Assembly (NCBI GenBank): GCA_025594325.1
Contig: JANHCV010000015.1
Span: 868,001 to 932,000, forward strand
DNA from: Blastocladiella emersonii ATCC 22665
Taxonomy: Eukaryota > Fungi > Blastocladiomycota
Reading direction: 5' to 3'
DNA: 64,000 nt
Part shown: piece by piece, positions 57,029 through 64,000 of the stretch
How the letters are laid out: every line of letters starts with the position of its first letter
Numbering within the stretch: position 1 is the first letter of the stretch
Made by a program: the position numbers and the translations under genes
Notes under the pieces: generated by a model
Database searches by the model: none
Told to the model about the DNA's origin: nothing
The model's input: only the letters and a program-made list of their open reading frames with translations

Positions 57029-57903
57029 ATGAATCACAACGACGACGCTGCGGCCGTCTTTGAGCGTCTCGCTTCAACGCCCCCAGTGCGCGATGCGCAC
57101 CCGTACCCGAACAAGGCGGCCGTCCTCGCTGGGCTCGTCGACTGCACCGACGCCGGCCTCTGCTTCCTGCTGACGTTCCGGTCGGCCAAGCTGCGCGACC
57201 ACGGTGCGCACCAGCCCGCTTGTCGCCCGCTCATGTCGCCATGAGCCTCAACCACCCGCGGCGCGCCCTGTAGCCGGCGAGATCTCGTTCCCGGGCGGAA
57301 AGTGGGACCCGACCGACGCGACCGTCGAGTCGACGGCGTTCCGCGAGGCGCACGAGGAGGTCGGCCTCGCGGCGGGCGACCTCGAGTACGTGACGACGCT
57401 CGAGCCGCAGATCTCGCGCGTGCACTCGCTCGTGTACCCGGTCGTCGCGCGGCTGTTCCCAACCGAACGGCTCACGGCCGAGGCCGTCGTCCAGCGGCTC
57501 AAGCTCAACCGCGGCGAGGTGGCGGCGGCGTTCCTCGTCCCGCTTCGCCCGTTCTTCGAGGGCGGGCGAGGGCACGCGTGGTCCGACCTGCAGTACTTTG
57601 GCCGCGAGTGGCGGTTCCACCGGTTCCGCGTACCGTGCTTCGGCGTCGAGGCGCACTCGGCGGTCGTGGTGTGGGGACTCTCGGCCGTGTTTGCCATGAC
57701 TCTGGTACGCTCGCTGCCAAAGCCTCGGCGGCGGGTACGCGGAACTCACACTCGCACGACACGCGTGGTAGGCAGCAGCCGCGTACGGATCACCACCACA
57801 GTACTCGCTGCACAGCCGCCCGGAAGACGAGGGCAGCAACGGGCTGGTCACCCGGTGGCGCGCAAGGCACGGGTACGCGGTGGCGGCAGTGCCAAGGCTG
57901 TGA
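57029..57903 (+). CDS. PCD1: Peroxisomal CoA diphosphatase (Nudix, NUDT7/Pcd1 family; 3 exons)
   Basis: LLTFRSAKLRDH|AGEISFPGG, Nudix box AFREAHEEVGL and VWGLSA. The last exon (57772-57903) ends in a PTS1-like PRL*. Confidence 0.88.
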
Positions 57904-57933
57904 GAGACAAGAATGGGGCAATGTACTCGAGTT

Positions 57934-58742
57934 CTACGACTGCTGCTCGGCCTGCTTGCGCAACTCGCGGAACAGGCGGTACACGGGGAGGCCGACCACA
58001 TTGTAGTAGCAGCCTGAGATCTTCTCGACGAGGGGCGACGCGAGCGACTGGTACCCGTACCCGCCGGCCTTATCCCTACACGGTCAGCTGGTGAGACTTG
58101 CCGGTCGTTCCTCGCAATCGAATGAGCGTACATGGGATCGCCCGTCGCGACGTAGGCGGCAATCTCGGCGTCCGTGACGGCAGCGCCAAACGTGACCGTG
58201 GTCGACTCGGTGAAGGTGACGACGCGCGGCTCGCGGCCGGCCCCGTCGTAATAGACGAGACACATGCCCGTCACGACCTCGTGGTCGCGCGCGTCGCGCA
58301 GTCGCGTCAGGATGGCCACGGCGTGCGCCTCGTCGTTGGGCTTCTCGAGAATGTCGCGGCCGTGCGCGACGACCGTGTCGGCTACACACGTTTGGGGTCA
58401 GTTGTGGGGTCGCTTCCGCATCGCACTAGCTAGGCGAACCTCCAATGATCAGGTCAACGGTGCGCTACACATCTCGCCCAGGTCAGTCGTCTCTGGGGCG
58501 GCCAAAGTGCGAGCGCCGCGTACCCCTCGAGCGAGCAGCGTGCGGTACACCTCGAGCGCCTTCTCCTTGGCGTTGGTGACGACGTAGTCGGCGGCCGTAG
58601 CAAAGTGCGCGTGGTCGAGGTCCTCGGCGAACGTGGAGCCGACCACGTCGAACTCGAGGCCGAGCGTGCGCAGGATCTCGACGCGGCGCGGCGACTTGGA
58701 CGCCAGGACGACCGACTTGCCCTCGAGTAGGTTATGATTCAT
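57934..58742 (-). CDS. Maf-family nucleoside triphosphate pyrophosphatase (4 exons)
   Basis: [19 protein letters not shown]|ADTVV, ILEKP, HEVVTG, DPM|DKAGGYG and [10 protein letters not shown]. Three GT-AG introns. Confidence 0.92.
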
Positions 58743-59191
58743 GGTTGGGTGGTTGCGTTGCACCGAGTCGGGCGGGGCCGATCATGATAGCGGCGCGTCA
58801 CGGCGCGGTGGCAGGCGACGCAGCGCCCACGGCGGCGACGGGGCGTTCCCCAAGCACGTGGCGTGCGGCCATCGTATTGGAACTTTGGCGCGCGTCGTCG
58901 TCAGTATCGGCGGCCATCAACGGTCCATCACGCGTTGCGCCACTGCGGCCCTGGCCCGCTATCGGCACCATCGCCACTGTGGATCGGCGCCCGCCCGTGT
59001 TCCGGAAACGGCTTCCGCCGCCCGCACGCGCTCCGCTGCCGAAGTCTCCTGTCGCTGCCAAGAGACGCGTCGTCGGTAACTTATCGATTGCAGATGGCAC
59101 ACGCGCCGGTCAGAGATGGGCGCCAGGGTCTTAAAGCTGCGTCGCCCCCGTCGCCGTGTCGCTCGCAACCCAAGATCATCCAACAGTGACC

Positions 59192-60548
59192 ATGTCCGCC
59201 GCAAACGCTACCGCCGCCATCTTCGCCGCCCCCGTGGCCGAGCACGACCCCGCGGTCCCTGTCCTCGCCCGCCGCCGCCGCCGCCCGACCACGCCGGCCG
59301 AGCGCGAACAGCTCGAGGCCTTCTACGCGACCAACCCGCGGCCCAGCGCGTCCGAGCGCGCGGGCATCGCCGCCGCCCTCGACTGGCCCGAGAAGAACGT
59401 GATGGTGTGGTTCCAGGTGCGTTCCATTTGCGGGTGCAGATCACGCGGGGCCATCACTGACGCGTCGACCATCCGTCTCGCGCGTCTCGCAGAACCGGCG
59501 GCAAAAGGACAAGGCCGGAATTAGCGGCCACGCGTCGCGCGCCGCCTCCCACGTCTCCTCCGCGTCCGCGGCCACGGCCACGCCGGCCACGCCGGCCCCG
59601 CACGTCGTGCCCCCGCCCCCGCGCAGCGCGATCGCGGCGCTCCCGTTCCCGCCGGCCCGCGCGCGCGCCACGACTCCGCCCGCCGCTGCGCGCCCCGATC
59701 GCCCCGCTTCGCGTGCATCGACCCCATCGGCATCTGCCTCCCCGATCAACCTGGCCGCTGCCGCCCTCCCGCCGAGTCCCGCACCCTCAACCCGCACCGC
59801 CAACTCGCGCACCGACTCGTGCAGTCCGCGCCGCCCAACCGTCGCCACCGTCAACCTCATCCTCCCCCCGTCGCCGTGCAGTACCCGCCCCGCGACCTCC
59901 CCGATGCCCGTCTCGCCCATGACCTTTGCCGCACCGTGGTCCAGCCCCGACTACGGGTACTACCCGACGGCCTACCAGTACCACCCGCACTCGAGCGTAA
60001 GCCACGCCAAGCACCCGTCGCCGCCGGTCCACGCCGTGGCCACCTCGACGTTCCTCGACGACTCGCTCCCCGCCAACCCGCACCAGTACGAGTGGGTCTA
60101 CCCCGGTTCCTCGGACCCGACCCCGTCTCCCGCCGCGTCTTCCCTGCGGCGCGCGGTCCCGGCCATGCCGCCCACAGCGTCGCGGTCGCGCCCAAGCGCC
60201 GCGCGTGGCCGGTGGCCGCTGCCGAGCCCCGCCGGCGCCTTCAACTCGGCCGGCGGTACCTACTGGCCCGCGCTGCCGCGCCTGGTCCCGACGTGCCTGC
60301 CGTCGCCGCCCGCCGAGAGCACCAAGGACCGCGCGGGATCCGCCGACTCGGCGTGCCATGCGTCGACCCCGGCGCCCGCAGTCCCCGTTATCGCGGCCGC
60401 CAGCAAGTCGCCCGTGTCCCCGCTCGACGCGCTGACGGCCGTGTGCGTGCACGAGCGCGAGCGCGTCATGTCGCTGGGATCCCGATCCGCGAGCTCGCGC
60501 CGCGCGGACTCGCACGCGGCTGCGGTGAGTGCGCGGCGGCCGTACTAG
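59192..60548 (+). CDS. Homeodomain transcription factor
   Basis: RRRRPTTPAEREQLEAFYATNPRPSASER…VMVWFQ|NRRQK across intron 59417-59492, with a Pro/Ser-rich tail. Confidence 0.92.
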
Positions 60549-60595
60549 TTTGAGGAGAACCATTGATATCAATACAAATCTTTTTAAATTGGTCG

Positions 60596-61942
60596 TCAAA
60601 AGTTCCACGGGTGGTCATCGACCTCGGCCGACGACGCCGCGATTGAGGACATAACCGCCGACCCCGCCACCATATCCGCCCCGCCGACATCGGGGAACAC
60701 GAGGGACATGCGCCGCGGCGACCCGCCGACCGCGTGCCACTGAATCGCGCACATGAGCTCGACGGGCATCGCAACGCGTCCGCCCGCATCCACCAGCCGC
60801 CGCCACGCCGCGTACACCGCCGCCGCCGCCTTGCCGCCGTCCTCGACGACGCGCGCGAGCGCCGCGATCCGGACACACTCGCGCACGTCGAGCAGGGCCA
60901 TCCTGCGCTTGCCCGCCCACCGGACCACGCGGAACGTGACGCCGGGGCACCCCGCGACGCTGAGCCGGGCGACCCGCGGACACCCGGCCAGCAGCGTCCG
61001 CAGGCCCGCGTCCGTGACCCACGACCCCGCGACGCTGACCGTGTGCAGCGCCGGGCACCCGGCCGCGAGCGCTGCGAGACTCGCGTCCGTCAGCGCCGCG
61101 TCCGACCCAGATGCCGCCGACGAATGGTGCCGCCCGCCGTCAAACACGCGGAGCCGCGGACACCCGCGCGCAACGGCGGCGATCCCCGTGTCGCTGATCG
61201 CGTAGCACGCGCGAACGTCGAGCACGCGGAGCTGCGGGCACGCTGCTGCGGCGAGCGCCAGGTCGCGGTCGCTGATCCGCGGGTTGCCCGGGAGCCGGAG
61301 CGACGTCAGGTGCGTCGTCGACTGCGAGAACAGCTCACCGAACAGGGACGGCGAGAGCGAGCTGCACAGCGACACTTCGACCGACCGCGCGTGCCGCCGG
61401 AACCCCGTCAGGCCCGTGCGCGGGTACAGCGCGGCAATCGACGCGGCGCCAAACTCACCGTCGTCGTCGGGCGGCGTGTACCGCGGGAATACGAGCGAGC
61501 GTACGGTCACGGGCCGGTCCGTGTACCGCGCCGGATCTAGGTGCGCGAGCGCGTGGGCGAGGGTGGCGAGCTCGGCCGGGGTCCGCGCGACGACCCGCTC
61601 GTACAGCAGCGGGATCGCGGCGGCGTGCCAGTCGCGCGACACACAGGCGCATGCGAGGAGTGATGAGGGGGACAGAGTCAAGAAAGAGAGGATGGCGGAC
61701 AAGAGCTCGGCGACATCGAGGGTTCGCGACGGGACACAGCGGGGCGGTGGCGGCGGCAAGTCGTCATGCCACACGTCTTCATCCGCCTCCTCGTCGCTCG
61801 AGTCCCAGATGCTGTCGAGGTTGTCTCCGAGGTCCTCGTGGAGGGAAAGGTCCTCGGAGCGCGGACTAGCAGGACCGCGAGGGCCCGGTGGTCTGAGAAA
61901 TTCGTCCTCGAGATGGGCAATGGGCTTCATTCGCAACATCAT
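60596..61942 (-). CDS. Canonical F-box/LRR (FBXL/Amn1-like) protein
   Basis: F-box AELLSAILSFL…LLACACVSRDW, and cysteine-containing LRRs CPQLRVLDVRACYAISDTGI and CPRLR/CPALH/CPRVA. The start is uncertain. Confidence 0.85.
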   Translation of the reverse strand: MMLRMKPIAHLEDEFLRPPGPRGPASPRSEDLSLHEDLGDNLDSIWDSSDEEADEDVWHDDLPPPPPRCVPSRTLDVAELLSAILSFLTLSPSSLLACACVSRDWHAAAIPLLYERVVARTPAELATLAHALAHLDPARYTDRPVTVRSLVFPRYTPPDDDGEFGAASIAALYPRTGLTGFRRHARSVEVSLCSSLSPSLFGELFSQSTTHLTSLRLPGNPRISDRDLALAAAACPQLRVLDVRACYAISDTGIAAVARGCPRLRVFDGGRHHSSAASGSDAALTDASLAALAAGCPALHTVSVAGSWVTDAGLRTLLAGCPRVARLSVAGCPGVTFRVVRWAGKRRMALLDVRECVRIAALARVVEDGGKAAAAVYAAWRRLVDAGGRVAMPVELMCAIQWHAVGGSPRRMSLVFPDVGGADMVAGSAVMSSIAASSAEVDDHPWNF

Positions 61943-62219
61943 TTTGCATAGGGTTGCATTGGAGGAGAGCTCGGGGCAGCGAAGGAGGGCAGGCGGCGGT
62001 GGGAACGCTGGCAAGCCTTATGCGACGCGCCTGAAACTATCGCGCGATCGCATCACGTGATATCAGAACGCGTCTCGCGCCACTACGCCGAGCCCAGAGT
62101 GCGACCTCGCAACACCCCCACGGCACACGCGACGAGTAGGACAGAAGGGATATATTCAAATGGAACACAGCGGGCCAACACGCCGCGTCCGCCGTGCTCG
62201 ACCCACGATTGCGCCGGTA

Positions 62220-63539
62220 CTACTCGGGCTGCTGCGCAAAGTTCTTCTGACTCGGCGACGTGACCATGGCGCTGGACTTGATGGGCGATGCGGACGAGTT
62301 GCTCCCGTTCTCGGACTGCCCGCCCTTGCCCGAGACGACCGAGGCGCGGTGGTTCTGGGTGGTCGAGCGGCCGGCCGTCGAGTAGTTGGACTGCCCGCCT
62401 TGTTGGGTAGTATCACGCTGCGCTTGGACCCGGATCGAAACGAGGTAGTTGGACGCCAGCAAAGCGTTAATTGACATCCAAACCAGCATGATTGTGAAGT
62501 ACACGCTCTTATAATCGCTCCACTCCAAGTACAGCGAGTCCAAGTGGATGTAGCAAACCCATACGCAGAGCAAGACCGTCGAAATAGTGGTTGCGCGGAA
62601 CAAGCGGGCAACCTTGGACATGGTGAGGAAGGTCGAGTTCGAGAGCATGATGGCCACGTTCATGATCAAGCAGATCCCGAAGCTGACTATGGTGAGAATG
62701 GTGAGCGGCACGACGTCGCGCTCGTCGAGCGCACAGAATCCTTTGGCATTGGTGAATGCCGACATGATGGTGAGGTACCTACACGTTCCGGGAAAAGAGA
62801 AAGTAAGTGACTTGGCCCGTGACGGTCTCGAGAGTTCCGAGAGTCGGTGAGCCGGCCCGTAACTGTCTCGAGGGTCCCGTGAGTCAGCGAGCCGGCCCGC
62901 CGCGGTCCACTCGACGGAAACGTACTGGATAATGTTGGCCACGTTGATGAGCTGCGTGATGCCGTGAAGCAGGTACCGCCAGCGCATCTTGGCCGTGTGC
63001 GACTCGGCCTTAATGGCCAAGTTGATGAACATTTCGGTCTGGAAGAAGATGTTGGCGCTGAAGATTCCGAAAAGCGAGATCGTGGAGCGCAGCAGGATCC
63101 AGAAGTAGCACGCCGAGGGAGAAGACGACTCGAGGCGGATCGACGAGAGAAGTCGGAGCGCGACCAGGACCGTGACAAGGATGCTGAGCTTGCCGAGCCG
63201 CGACTTGAGATACGTGTGCCGGTTCAGCACCATCCACACAAAGTACGCGCATGTCGCGCCGAGTAGGAACCCGTGGAAGACATCGGTGATGTCTACACAA
63301 ACGCACGCAGGACATGTGTGAGTGTGCATGAGTCGAGATTCACGCGGTGCAGTACGCGGAGTCGAGGTCCGCACGGTTCGGGTGCGGGCGAGTGCGCGCG
63401 AGCCGCGATCCGTGGGGTGCGGAACCGGGCGAGTACTCGCGAGTCGTGATTCGCGCGGTGTGGATCCGAGCGAGTGCGCGCAAGTCGAGATCCGCGCGGT
63501 GTAGATTCGGGCGGGCGCACCTTGCGTGACTCGCGGCAT
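62220..63539 (-). CDS. Seven-transmembrane GPCR-like protein of unassigned family
   Basis: Splices MPRVTQ|DITDVF (intron 63520-63293) and IIQ|YLTIM (intron 62925-62779). About 7 hydrophobic helices, Cys at the start of TM3 and in ECL2, and a Ser-rich tail. An extra upstream exon at 63768-63743 is possible. Confidence 0.65.
   Translation of the reverse strand: MPRVTQGAPARIYTARISTCAHSLGSTPRESRLASTRPVPHPTDRGSRALARTRTVRTSTPRTAPRESRLMHTHTCPACVCVDITDVFHGFLLGATCAYFVWMVLNRHTYLKSRLGKLSILVTVLVALRLLSSIRLESSSPSACYFWILLRSTISLFGIFSANIFFQTEMFINLAIKAESHTAKMRWRYLLHGITQLINVANIIQYVSVEWTAAGRLADSRDPRDSYGPAHRLSELSRPSRAKSLTFSFPGTCRYLTIMSAFTNAKGFCALDERDVVPLTILTIVSFGICLIMNVAIMLSNSTFLTMSKVARLFRATTISTVLLCVWVCYIHLDSLYLEWSDYKSVYFTIMLVWMSINALLASNYLVSIRVQAQRDTTQQGGQSNYSTAGRSTTQNHRASVVSGKGGQSENGSNSSASPIKSSAMVTSPSQKNFAQQPE
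63330..63520. repeat. Degenerate ~40-bp minisatellite (4-5 units) inside the first intron of the 7TM gene
   Basis: Units begin gagtcgagatt/gagtcgaggtc/gagccgcgatc/gagtcgtgatt/aagtcgagatc, followed by cgcggtg…gcgagtgcgcgc-like sequence. Confidence 0.75.
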
Positions 63540-64000
63540 GGTCGATGATGTTGCGGTAGTCTGTTGCGGTAGTCTATTCGAGGTCGTTGCGTAGAGTTTC
63601 GTGTGCCAATGGGCGGGTGATGCTTCGTTTCAGATCGAGGAGCGAACGAGCGGGAGCGGGGGCCAGGTGAAGGTGCCACAAGGTGGTTGCGTGCTGCGTG
63701 CTGCGTGCTGCGTGCTGGGTCTCCCGCCCTCGGACAATTCACCGAGTGCCTTTGTGGTTTCGTTTCATGGAGTACTGCCTGAACTTGGCCGGATCCAGCG
63801 AGGCCGGGGCGTGAACGGCAGTCGGAATGTACCGCGACGCGTCGCCGTCTCCCAGGCTGTCTCCCGCCCGCCACGAGCGGACGCGTCTTGGCGGCCGGCA
63901 TCGAAAAATGTCTCTCAAGCACGTGTCTCTATATTGGCCTCCAAATGTGGCACTTTTGGGTTCCATACTCCTCGATCACAAAACATGTCGGGACAGGGCG

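Noticed and set aside
63743-63768. Frameshifted 'MNETT' N-terminus for the 7TM gene
   Set aside because: An intermediate exon (ending 63521) lets the gene splice in frame without any frameshift.

Overview
Eukaryotic, GC-rich, intron-containing genomic DNA; no prokaryotic or viral features, CRISPR arrays or rRNA were seen. Short GTRCGY…YAG introns and the gene content (class C GPCR, UVSSA, Mis18, ATP19, an expanded F-box-like/ankyrin-like/LRR family) suggest an early-diverging zoosporic fungus, most like Blastocladiomycota (inference). About 30 genes or gene remnants can be modelled by manual splicing. Core genes with strong GC3 bias include SER1, a WW-RhoGAP, a GPI-anchored Ser/Thr protein, an RRM/zinc-knuckle SR protein, a GABA-B-like GPCR, a WRN-like exonuclease, ENGase, UVSSA, TPT1, ERO1, Mis18, PIG-H, ATP19, an AK3-type kinase, PCD1, Maf, a homeobox gene and an F-box/LRR gene. 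These alternate with visibly lower-GC accessory islands that carry four diverged, mostly damaged copies of one LRR family. The most striking structure is an ~8.8 kb island (about 28.3-37.1 kb) between two convergent core genes. It is bounded by ~0.5 kb degenerate inverted repeats and holds two LRR-family genes plus a 5'-truncated but open insulinase (M16) gene joined head-to-head to one of them, resembling a TIR-bounded cargo element. Other unusual architectures are a signal-peptide small HSP fused to LEA-like repeats, an intron-split integrase H2C2 zinc-binding domain in a host gene, a class C GPCR with a PH-like tail and a Mis18 with a long disordered extension. All domain calls are by-eye motif recognition, with no database searches run.
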